A stretch of 63,167 nt of DNA, filler included. It is 11 parts of 11 records of this genome, joined end to end, with 100 filler letters (N's around TTAATTAATTAA, not from the genome) between each part and the next. Parts side by side here need not be neighbours in the genome. Positions count along the whole stretch, not along the records: positions 44,790 to 49,753 come from SRR15195285_1092; positions 49,854 to 55,316 come from SRR15195285_1094; positions 55,417 to 59,963 come from SRR15195285_1099; 8 more parts are not named here. One strand, given 5' to 3'. Both the position numbers and the translations under genes were made by a program. Each line of letters begins with the position of its first letter. Within the stretch, counting starts at the first letter, position 1. Of the stretch, positions 47,319 to 58,602 are shown in pieces. The notes beneath the pieces are model-generated. The model ran no database searches, was not told where the DNA came from, and saw nothing but the letters and a program-made list of their open reading frames with translations.

Positions 47319-48932
47319 TCAAGGCACGATTGTGTTGTTGTGTAGCGCGATGTCCGTGGTCCAAGGCGTGTCCAATTCGCAGCTGCGGCATGCGGAGCAG
47401 CTGTGGCGCTCCCATGTCCCGCTCGGTCCTCTCACATCTTGACAACCAGCCATCTCGCACAGTGGCCCGCAGTGGATTGGTTGCGGCCCATCGCCAGCTA
47501 TTGTGTTGTTTGCCAGCGTGATGTTGCGGATCTCTACTGGCCCTTCAAAGAATTGCGGCAAATACCTGTGGAACCGCGTTGAGTCAATTCACGATTGTGG
47601 TCGCAATCGCACACTTGGTAGGGACTTGTGGCAAAAATGGCTTTACGTTATTTCCAGATTTGGGATCCGCGCATTTTCAAACGTGCACCCGCGGACGAGC
47701 GCATTCGAGCTCTTGAGTCTTCCAAGATTGCATGTGGTGTTGATGAAGCGGGTGTTGATGATACTGGCACCAACGTTCGAGATGGTGTCGATGGTCACAA
47801 TGGCAGTCGGACCGACTCCCATTGGGACGCTCCCAGAAAATGTCACCTTCCACAGCTCATCCGCGTTCCATCCGACTGTTTTGTTTGTGAACTCCGTCCA
47901 ACCACCCAACGAATCCCCGATTAGGCTAGAACCTCCTTCGAGCATTGGGACGAGCTTCGCTGCTTCAGCCAGCAGCGTCGGATCGCTGATGGCTTCCGTT
48001 GAGACAACACGCAACGGCTCTTGTCCCTGACGACGAGGCACCATGTCGGCCTCTGGCCAACGGTAGAAGGACATCTCATCGCCAGGAACGACTGTACCCA
48101 TGACACTGTTCGTCCCGTAGGCTGTGTTGCGAGGAATGCTGAACAAGTGCGGATTAATGATGTAGCAGCTTGATGTCTCGCAGCTGAGGACGAGCATCAA
48201 GGTGGTGTGTATCTGCAGACGCAAGTACAAGCACGATTCATGAATGCAATCGTTCCCTCGAATTAGCTGCAGAAGATCAATGCTCAGGATAGACACTCAG
48301 GCGCTCACGTTGAAGAAATCGTCGCCAGTAAAGCCAACGACAGAATCGACGACGGTCGGTCCGATTCTCTGATCAGAGAAATGCATAGCATCTCGGAGCC
48401 CCACCAGCCCTCGAGTCGCCCCCATTTTTGGCGGTCCAAATGTCAGCCTTCGAAAGACGTGGGCACCGCCGCCGTTCCATGCAGTGACAGCCATATACGG
48501 CGCGGCACGGATGGTCACATCTTCCGCGAGCACACGCGTGCAGTTCAGCAGATTGAGAGTGGAGCCTGCTAGCTCTTGCTTTGCTGGCGACGGGTCGTAG
48601 TCCAACGTCCACGCTCCTGTGCCGCCATCACCAACAAGCTGCACGTCACTGGAGTCCGTAATGTTGACCCCAGCGCTTCCAGCGAACCACAGTGTCACGC
48701 GGCCCAGCGCACGAATCCGCAACCTGCTCGCCCCGAGGACCAAAAAATCGATCCCTCCGGAATGGTTGAAGAGGTAATCGCCACCCGGCACATCCACACT
48801 CGCGGCCCGAGACACGATGGCGGAGTCGACCCTGTGCTGCAGCTGCTCCGCTGTCAGTGGCTGCCCCAGTGCACGGCCGGCGCTTCGCGGCATGGCTCCC
48901 GCCACGGCGCAAAGCCACATCAGCGGCAGCAT
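47319..48932 (-). CDS. Secreted right-handed beta-helix carbohydrate-active enzyme, GH110-like
   Basis: Signal peptide; DAMHF...GDDFFNIH motif as in GH110-type beta-helix enzymes; Asn-rich beta-helix coils. Introns 48213-48308 and 47566-47646. Confidence 0.7.
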
Positions 48933-50479
48933 TTGAAATGTTCCACGCCACGCACGCTGCGGGTCTACGAAATTGCAGTTCACAAAGACACGATCGACAT
49001 ACTAGCAAGATAATGGCACAAGCGCAACCCTAAGCCATCTCCTTACGATCGCGATGCTATACGCGCGTGAATGGATCGGTGCAACGATAATGAAACTCCC
49101 GCTGGGCGATGCCTCGCCCCTGCAGCTGGGTGCGTGCGTGCCGCCTGCTCGGCGCGACGGCGTGGCGTCCGCCGGCGTGTTATACTTAGTTCTATATTAT
49201 ACTACTGGTACGCACGCGCGTGTATGCGATAGACGGCGCCCGCGGCGCGGGAGCCCGTGGAATATCAATCATGATGCGCGCGCCATGCGCTTCAACGCGC
49301 GAACGAGAGTCGCGATGGATGAGAAGTCTTTCACGCGCAGTGCCCAGATTGTTAGAATCGTATTCAGAACTCTGGCAAATTGCATGCGCACGCAGGCCGC
49401 CGCGCGCGCATGCCCACGCGCGCGTGCACGCGCTCACGGTGTGTGGGCGCTGCCAGCCATGTGGGTGGAGCTGAGGAGGCCAGAGGGTGAGAGTTGCAGG
49501 AGGGAGCCTCTTGTAGGTGCGCGGGCACAGGTACAAGCCGGTAGAGTGGCACGCCAAGATGGACGGATGGGCGTGGCTCCACGTCGGCATTCTCTTGCTC
49601 AGTCTGTACAGCTTTCCTGGTCGCGCGTCTCGCGGCCGATAGTGGTTGTCGTCGAGCAGGCGCGCACGCACAACCCCGCCGCCCGCCCGCCCGCCTGCCC
49701 GACTGCCCACCCGAGATACCTCGGCGGTGCTGCCGCCGCCGCTGCCGCCGCCGNNNNNNNNNNNNNNNNNNNNNNNNNNNNNNNNNNNNNNNNNNNNTTA
49801 ATTAATTAANNNNNNNNNNNNNNNNNNNNNNNNNNNNNNNNNNNNNNNNNNNNCAGGCTCATGACCAAACAAGCCTGTACGGTGTGTCCACTAGATCTAG
49901 CATTCGAATACAGCTGTTTCATAATCTCTGGGTAGCGGGTATGTACCGCGGTACCCAGTGACTTACGTGTGTACTAGTACTAGATCTAGTACAGGCTACA
50001 GCTACAGATGCACACGCTGTACCAGCATGCAGGAGCGGGTAGTGGTGACTGATCGACCCCCCTGCTAGCTGGCTGCCTGCGCGCGATGCACGCCGCGGCG
50101 GCGCCGCCGCCGGTGAGGGCATGAGCTATGCGCCGGGCAGCTGCCGCCCTGGATGACTGGCTAGCACGGCCCTAGCACGAGACGATCTTGCCTACGCACG
50201 TACGACACAGGGGGGCTGTGGTGATGCGTGAGGCGTGAGCGGTGCGATGTAGTGGAGCGTGGTGAGGCGTCGTGGGACACGATGTGCGAACTCGCGGCGG
50301 CGGTGCGAACTCGCGCCGTTGCGATCGCTGGAACTTGAGAACTGAACGGGATTGAATCTGGGCGCCAAGGGTTGGGCGTGCCGAGCAGGACTGAGTGGAC
50401 TGGGCCGGGCCGGGCTGGGCTGGGCTGAGCTGGCTGGGGTGGAGTAGATGGGGGATCGAAGCTCTGCATTGGCGGTGCA

Positions 50480-53400
50480 ATGATTGGGCGGATGGACGGG
50501 CGCGTAGCCTCGCGCTCCCGTCCGCTGCGGACGACTACACGGGGCGTGCTCCTGCACGCGCTCTGTGTGTCGACAGCGGCCCAGGATGATGCATGTAAGT
50601 CATCATTTCTCATTCCGCTTCCTCTTGTTGTGCGCCCCTCGCCCGGGTGTGCGGTCTGTGGCTAATTCGCTGAGCATTGGCTCAGCCGCATGCATCAGCC
50701 TCTCGTGCTCCGTGCGACACCACAGCTGCTGTATGTGCTGCCGCTCTGACCCAGCTGTCTCCTGCGATGCACACCAGCTTGCGACGTTCTGTTAAGTGGG
50801 ATCCAGAGCGAATTGTCGGCTGGCGGGAGGTGTGAAGCTACCTGCCAGGGGCCATGCGTTTCGCAAATTCTCGATTACTTGACAAACTGCGAGGGCGTAC
50901 CTGAGCACAACACCGATACCGGCCAAATGCGCACGTTCATGGATGATTGTCTAGGTACGTGCACCGCCACTGCTCGATAGCCAGCATTTGTTGCTTTGAG
51001 GGGCTGCTCGCTCTGCTACCGACCTGTGGTTGGCTCAGATTTCGCTCGCTGTATCGTGCGCAGTGGTTGACGGCTGTATGACTCCCGGCTACTCAAACTA
51101 CGACATCAATGCAAATTGCATCTTAGCCTCGTGCAGCGCGAACGCCTGCCAAGGTAGTTAGCCAGCACGTCCTTCTCTCATATCAGCATTGTGTACGTGG
51201 CACCTGCATGACGTGCTGACTCGTCGGTGCCTCTGACTGTCGCAGACCTCCACCCTCCTGAGCTGACACTGGTTGGAGATGCAGAAGTTTCTATGCAACA
51301 GGAATGTGGACGGTCGTTTCAGATGATCGGTGATAGTTGCTCGGCGGGATCGTATTCAGACCCAGGCGCTACTGCGCAAGATGCAGTCAGTGGTGATGTG
51401 ACGAATTCCATCACAGTCGACCGTACAGTCGACCTGACAATAGCTGGGGTGCAGCAATTGACGTACACAGCGCGCGACGAGGCAGGGCTGACGGCGAGCA
51501 TCATCCGTGTTATCACAGTGGTCGGTGTCGGTTGCATGGATAGCGCGTGCGCGGCCTTTTTTGTTGTTGCTCTGTGTGGTTTCTGCCGTGTGTCATTTCT
51601 CGATACCTTTCCTGCAATACTGGCTTAGTCGTTGCGTGCTCTGTGCGCAGCATGTTCAATTACGACTACGAAGCGACAGACCAAGGCGACGCCCAATGCG
51701 TCCCCTTTTCATTCGGTTGCACCGAGACCCTGGCTCACAACTACGACCGTTCTGCAAATAGTGGTCATTGCAGATTCGGAGATAGCTGCACAGGAGTGGA
51801 AGTGACTGCTGCAGTAGTCGACTCAGACGCATACCCAAACCTGCAGTTCAGCTATCCGAATATCGATGCCTGGTGCATTTGTGCAGATGGCTTCTCTGGC
51901 AACTACTGTGATGTGAATATCGATGGCTGCGCAGACAGCCCTTGTCAGAACGGAGGTGCATGTCATGACAGCACACCAGGCTACTTCTGTGATTGTTCAC
52001 AGACCGATTATCGAGGTGCCACTTGTGAGATGCCTGCTGAAGCGTGCCTTGACCAAGTGTCACCATGTGGCTCCGGATCAGCCACGTGTAAAAAGGTTCC
52101 TGGCGAGAGCACAATCGATTGCGTGTGTCCATTCGGGCAAGCTTATGATGCGAATGTCGAAGACTGCGCGGTTGTCGATGAATGCGCGAGCTCACCGTGC
52201 TTGAATGGTGGAACATGCGTGGACCAGATTGGGACCTATCGATGCTGGTGCGTGGATGGGTTTTGGGGCATGCGATGCGGCTTGAGTACTGCTGGTTGCG
52301 GCCAAGAGTCCTGCGCGGCAAAGATTGCAGGCTGCCTTGATCCCACCATGTACACTTACGATGCGTCGGCAAATGACCATACCGAGGACCTGTGCGAAGA
52401 GGTCGTGTACGGTTGCACAGACAGAAGCATGTTCAACTGGGATGAAAATGCGAACACTCTCGACGGCACGTGCGTGCCCTTTGCATTTGGCTGTACGGAT
52501 CCAGAAGCCATCAACTATGATCGCAATGCCAACTGTGCCTCTGAAATTGACCCCCCGAACAACTGTGACAACACTGCTAGTGTCTGTGAGGCCCGTGTTT
52601 ATGGATGCACAGATCAGACGATGTCGAACTTCGATCCAACTGCCAATGTTGATGACGGCAGTTGCCAATCTTTCATGTATGGTTGTATGGATACACGCGC
52701 TACTAACTTTGATCAATCAGCGAACGAAGATGACGGTAGCTGTGTGATAAGGGGCTGCACCTACACGATGGCTGTAAACTACGAAGAATATGCGAACGAA
52801 AATGACGGTTCATGCGAGGTGAATGGGTGCACGAACGTGCGGGCAAACAACTATCTCGAGATTGCCACCAACGACGACGGTTCGTGCATTGTCAATGGCT
52901 GCACCGACTATCTTGCAGTGAACTATAACTATCACGCAACACTAGCAAATCCAGACGCTGCAGAGTGCGAAGGTATGCGTCTAGGTTGTATCGATGATCC
53001 TACGGCGTCGAACTATAACTCGTTGGCCAATGTCCACGATGGCTTTTGTGTTGGGGCTTGCATCAATGACTATCAATGGCTCGATTCCGACGGACAGGGG
53101 TGTGCGAGCTATTATCTCGGTTACTGTGGATTTGAGGATTCCATCACACGCTGCCCGAGCGTGTGTGGAAAATGCGACACAGATGTCCGGCCAGGATGTG
53201 ATAGCATTGCTGGAAGCGTACTGCAGCTAGACACGTGTGGTGTCTGTGACGGATCAGGCACTGATTGCAACTTTCAACATGCCACTCAAGCAGAACGGTG
53301 CCAAGCTGCGGCTACCCAGGTTTGCGAAAGAAATCTCATCATCAACTCGGAACTCAGGTTCGAAAACACTGCAGCGTGTCAGCAGCGCATTGCTCAGCTA

Positions 53401-55316
53401 GGCGGGCGCATAATTCTACGAGAGATACTGCTTGCTGCCACCGATTGTGGACAGACGATCGCGGCCTGGCAAGTGAACGGATACTCAGGACTGCGAGACT
53501 GTGTGACAGCCCAGACAGACTGCATTCCACAAAACGCGCAGACACGCCTAGACCACACATGCAAGCAGACAGTGCAAACTTTGGATGCCAGTACTTGGCA
53601 AGAAATGTGCCCTGGCGTCAGTCGGACGGGCATTGTCTGTGATTCCGCAACATCCGGGTACTCAGTATACGATGCGTCCATGCCCGACAGTGCCGGCACG
53701 TTCACCGCCAACGTTGCCCAGGCCCTTGCAAACGGAATGTTTAGTGATGGAGTAACGATGGGAGACTGTGCTGCCACTTGCGTTCACGACATGGTTCAGA
53801 CAACTACAGCGGCTTGGTCATGGCATAGCGTCGGCAAATGCTGGATGGTTGCTGACAGCAGTCATGATTGCCTGAACACCGATATAGTGGCACTTGCAAA
53901 CATGGCCGCGGATGGGCTGTGCCCGACTCGTGTACAGGACGTGTTAAAACCAATTGCATTCTTGAGCGCACCTTCAAATATAAAGCAGTACTCGACGGCT
54001 GCTCAGGAGCCAAATCCGACTGCGCTCGAAGAAATTGCAGCTCCGAGCAGTTTGATTGGCGGTGAATGGCTGCGCAACCCAGAGACATTTGATGCGGCAG
54101 GCGTCGTTGACGTTGCTACAGTAGACGTTGTCTCGGGCGTGAGTCATTACGCTTGGCAAATCGAGGACTCAGCGTCGTCCGCATCAGCAGCTCAAGATCG
54201 CCCTGCTGGTGGTAAGGCAGCATACTACAAAGCCATTACGACCAAAGAACGTGAGACGGCGCTGTCATGTGGATGGTCAGTGCATGCGTCACTGCGAATA
54301 GTCTCTTGTGCGCAAGCGTCTGTAATGATCTTAGTGAACTTTGATAACGCTAGAGTGTGGCGTTTTTGGCTTTGCGTCAACGGGGATTTAAACGTTGTCG
54401 TTGAAACATTTGGGCACGATGATATTGTGCTCACTTCGGACGGCGAAGGGACAGTGAATTACCACAGTTACATGTTCACTTACAATCCTGCAAGCGCAGA
54501 TGGGGTTATAATTTCTTTTGATGACGTCGAGATCAACGCAGCTTCACCGATTGCGTCCCAAGGCTTCAGTAGCAGTGATCAGACTGCCAACACTGTCCAA
54601 TGGGGAACTGGGTCTACGTCTGGCAGGGCTGCTGCAAATTTTGAGCTGATCGAGTGGCAGCTTCTTGACCTTCCCTGCCTGACGTCGTTTAGCACATACG
54701 AAGGCTGTATGGATGCACGGTACACTAATTTCGACAGCAATGCAGCTATGCAGAATGGCCCTGACTCCTGTGTCGACTCTGATCCACCAATTATTGAAAT
54801 CGGAGAAACTAGCGTTGATGTTGTACAGTTTTCCACATATGAGTTTGCTACGGCTACTGCAATAGATGATGTGGATGGTGACGTGAGCTCACAGGTCCAA
54901 CGGGAAGGATCAGTAGATACCAATGTCGCTGGACTGTATGCCGTTACGTACACAGTGACAGATGCTGCAGGCAATGCGCAGAGAGTATCGCTCACAGTGA
55001 CAGTCACTGAGTTTGATGAATGCGCCAGCAACCCCTGCCGTCTCGAGAGTGGGAATGCACTTTCGTGCAGTCAGTCTGATTCACAGAGCTATACTCCCAA
55101 AGCCGAGCAGCGTTTTGTGTGCAGCTGCGCAGCAGGTTGGCGAGGAGACACGTGCAGCAATGACGTCGATGAATGTGAAACGGATCCTTGTTTGAACGGC
55201 GGTGCCTGTGTGGACTCTAGTGACGATCAAGAAGTTGAGATTGGAGAGTTTGAATGTGTTTGCGACGCTGGATTCACAGGTACCACCTGTGAAGTTGATG
55301 TCAATGAATGTGCCTC
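50480..55316 (+). CDS. Large secreted/surface protein, 3'-truncated: Ca-binding EGF repeats, GCxD..A.N(Y/F)D..A..DDGSC repeats, two DUF5011-like Ig domains and a CBM40-like lectin domain
   Basis: Four short exons splice (donors near 50595, 50955, 51154 and 51547) into ORF 51547..55316. EGF DECASSPCLNGGTCVD..YRCWC..G..G..C; about ten GC(T/M/L)D repeats; PPELTLVG..DPGATAQDAVSGDVT..TYTARDEAG and PPIIEIG..ATAIDDVDGDVS..YTVTDAAGN. The start is ATG 50480 or 50492. Confidence 0.85.
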
Positions 55317-55416
55317 NNNNNNNNNNNNNNNNNNNNNNNNNNNNNNNNNNNNNNNNNNNNTTAATTAATTAANNNNNNNNNNNNNNNNNNNNNNNNNNNN
55401 NNNNNNNNNNNNNNNN

Positions 55417-56593
55417 ATGTACGAGCCGGCAGGAAGGCAGACGCAGGGTTCGAAGAGGTCTGGCTTCTGGGATGCGTCTCCCATGCAGAACTTGTGGAAG
55501 TCCGCGCCATCGCAATCGGCACCCGTGCGCAGCTCCAGCTCCTTCACCATGCAGTCAGCCTTGCCGAGGTCGTAGTTGCCCTTGATCTGGCAGAAGGATG
55601 CCGCCTGGGTGTCGTTGACGCAGAACCAGTCGTACAGGTACAGACTCATGACGTTGTTGACAACGAGCTCAACGCCGAAGCAGTGTGCGTACTGGATGAA
55701 CAGCAACCAGGTGTTGTAGTTCTTGGCGACGTGTGGGCCAGACTCAGTGGGTGCGCCAGCAGCGGAGCCAGTCTTCGCCTTCAACCTCTGTTCAGCTTTC
55801 AGGTCCTCGTACTTGCCCTGGGGGCAGTCGTCGCATCCGAAGTAGGCAAAGCAACCGACAAGGAAGAACATGACTGCCGGTACGATCATCGCGCAACGCC
55901 ACGCGTTCTTCTCCTCGACACCGAAAGCGACGAACATGCCCATCACGGCAGGCATGAAGATCTGCGTCACACCGCCGCCGAGATTGCCCCAACCGGCCGA
56001 GAAGGCGTTGGCGGTCCCGACAATGCGTGGGGCGAAGAGCAGAGAGGTCCAGGCTTGGCAAGGCACGAAGGTAGCTCCGGCAGCGCCGATGAAGCCGCGG
56101 ATGACGATCAGGTAGGTGCCGCCAGTGCAGAAGGCGCCCAGGGCGACCGGGATGCTGCCGTACCAGAGGAGACCAGCCATGACGCGGCGCGGTCCGTAGA
56201 TGTCGATGAGGGGTCCAACGAGGAAGCGTGTGAAGATCGTGGTCCCGACGGAAACGATGCCGGCTGTGCCGATCTCGGACTTGGTGATGTCGATGTGGTC
56301 GCGGACGGTGGTCATCAGCGGCGCGAAGGCGAACCAGCCGAGGAAGGCCACGAAGAAGGACATCCAGGCACCGTGGAAGCCGCGCATGTATGGCCGCATG
56401 CATGTCACGCCGCTGAAGATCGGCAGGGCCTGCACGTGATAAACAGCACGCAGGGTGAGACACTGCGACGCTGGTGCATGGGCGACGGTACGAGCTGCGT
56501 CAGCAGCAGCAGCAGCAGCAGTCCAGCACGCACCTGCGCCTTCATGTTGTCGTTCACCGGCACACCGCCGTTCATCTTGTCCTGGCTCGCCAT
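55417..56593 (-). CDS. NRT2: High-affinity nitrate/nitrite transporter NRT2 (MFS, NNP family), 3'-truncated
   Basis: RPYMRGFHGAWMSFFVAFLGWFAFAPL, YGPRR, FVPCQAW, nitrate signature GTANAFSAGWGNLGGG, and FGVEL. Intron 56430-56533. Strongly C/G-ending codons. Confidence 0.95.
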
Positions 56594-57630
56594 CTTCGAA
56601 GCAGTTCTTCGGTAAGCACGCTGCAGGTCCGTTGTTGTTGTGGTTGGGGCGGTGCAGCCCGGTGGCCTCCGCCGATCGTCAACGCCGATTTTCCAACGGC
56701 GGTCGCAAATTCGCAAAATGAGCTCACCTGCCTGCAGAAATCATTCGATCCTGAGCTCATACGGCGCTTCCTGTCATCGAATAGGATCAGATGTGAGAAC
56801 AAAGAACTGAGATGGAGCGCAAGTGGAATCGAGAGGGAAGTGGAGGCGCTGCCCCGCAGTCGTACTCTTTTATATTCTAAATGAAATTTTAATGAATAAT
56901 TGAAAACGAAATTCATGGAACGCCACTCAAGGTCAGTGGATTCACGATCACAGCAAAGATCCTATCTCAGAAGTGAGAAGAGCAGACCTCAGTCAAGACC
57001 CCTCGCGTTCTCACTGCTGCCGGCAGTGAAGTCATCCATCAGTGAGGAAGTTCAAAAGTCTACTGCGGTTATAGCTAGAGGCAGTTCCAAAGAGTACTAG
57101 TAGGAATTCCTCTCTAAATAGGAAGTGAGGTCGATTTGGAAGTAGGATCCTACTATTACAATCGGATTCCTAGCTAGCTATTCATACTAGTAGTAGGAAT
57201 CTCCGGTTCTATCGAATGCCAAAATGCATGACCTCATCAATCTCTTTTTCACCCACGCTGACGCTCTTGATCAGCCTCAGCAGTGAGAAATGATGTAACC
57301 CTACTAACCGGATAGTACCGGTAGTAGCAGCTGAACAGTAGTGAGTGAACTGGTCGCCGCGCGTATCATGATCATTGATATATTACTACTGCATATTGAT
57401 AATGGTAGGCGGGATTGCCGCGCGGTGACGACGCAGCGGGTATTAATGCGGTCGTGGCTCTTGCGATGCATGCGTGCCGTCTGCGCTTCGGTTGCGTTGT
57501 GCAGACTGTGGGTATGGGGGACGTGCGTTGAAGGTGGAGAGGCGCGGAGAGGGCTTGAGATGGGTGGGCGATGAGCGTGTAGAGCTGTAGCAGGCGAGGA
57601 GACTAGAGGTGGGCAGCGGTGCGCGCGGGC

Positions 57631-58512
57631 ATGCTGGAGGAGGAGCCGATGGCGCCGTCGCGGGCACTGGTCTGTGGGACGGCTAAGACGGTGCATAGGT
57701 ACCGCGCCGCCGTGGAGAATCTGTGCCCGAGCGTGGAGGCCCGGGCGCTGGAAGTGCTCTGCTTTCAACCCGACCCAGCTGCCTTGCGACGCGCCGCCCT
57801 GCGGGTGCTCGAGGCGCAGGACCAGGCGCAGAAGCAGAAGGAGACTCCCGTGTTACACGTGATAGTCACATCAGCAGCCGCTGTGCGGATGCTGCAAGAG
57901 ACCATCGATGAGATCCGGGGCGGGAGCCACGAACGCACCGAGTCCAAGTCCTGTGTTGGACCGGCAGTGCTGACGATACGAGGGTGCGGGACGGAGGCGG
58001 CGTGCAGGAAATCTTCCTCATTTGCCAACGTGCTGTTCTGCGGCGACAGGCTATGCGATGTGTACGCCTACCTGACGGAGCGCACACTCACGCCTACGCT
58101 GCTCTTGGGTGTACGGAGTGGCGGCGACCGCTCCTATCGCACAGACCCCATTCTGCGCACGGCCATTGAGTTCATCGGTGTCTACGATACCTGCGAGGCA
58201 CCTAGTGCCACTACTGCCGTAATGGATGCGCTCAAGTGGGCAGGTTCGAGGTGTCATGTGGTGGTGACATCATCTAAATCAGCAGAGCTCGTCGCACAGG
58301 TTGTGAAATCCGATAGAGGGGCCATACGGCGAGAGATCACGTTCATCGCACAAGGCAAGTCGACGGCTGCTGCACTTCAAGCATCTATACGAAAGCAATC
58401 CCTTGAATGTGAGCAGTACCGCGTGCTTGTCGCTCCAAAGCCAACTGCGGAGGCGGTCGCTGCTGTAATACACGATCATCCGACTGGCGCTTATACGGCT
58501 GATTTTGGGTAG
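57631..58512 (+). CDS. Uroporphyrinogen-III synthase-like (HemD/UROS), divergent
   Basis: VIVTSAAAVR, IRGCGTEAA, VYDT, VVVTSSKSA, QGKSTAAAL and VAPKPTAEAV match the HemD motif order (TS..AV / G..T / vY.t / TS.S / G..Ta.aL / a..Pt). Confidence 0.72.
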   Translation: MLEEEPMAPSRALVCGTAKTVHRYRAAVENLCPSVEARALEVLCFQPDPAALRRAALRVLEAQDQAQKQKETPVLHVIVTSAAAVRMLQETIDEIRGGSHERTESKSCVGPAVLTIRGCGTEAACRKSSSFANVLFCGDRLCDVYAYLTERTLTPTLLLGVRSGGDRSYRTDPILRTAIEFIGVYDTCEAPSATTAVMDALKWAGSRCHVVVTSSKSAELVAQVVKSDRGAIRREITFIAQGKSTAAALQASIRKQSLECEQYRVLVAPKPTAEAVAAVIHDHPTGAYTADFG

Positions 58513-58602
58513 GGAGGAGCAGCAATGTGCCTTGTGAGTTGAAATAATAACGGAATGCAGTGGTAAAGGTGACACATCTGCCGCTACTTACGCCCGCAAG
58601 TG

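Noticed and set aside
49054-49753. 251-aa ORF running into the GCC repeat at the contig end
   Set aside because: Low-complexity Arg/Ala-rich translation of GC-rich upstream DNA with no family motifs. A real first exon cannot be excluded but is unsupported.
50400-50445. (CTGGG/CCGGG)n run upstream of the EGF gene, G-quadruplex- or telomere-like
   Set aside because: A short degenerate internal microsatellite that is not at a contig end; no function can be supported from sequence alone.
55494-56615. 373-aa + strand ORF opposite NRT2, and similar antisense ORFs such as 3988..4983 and 29144..30013
   Set aside because: Shadow ORFs caused by GC-rich codon bias of the real gene on the other strand; no recognisable motifs.
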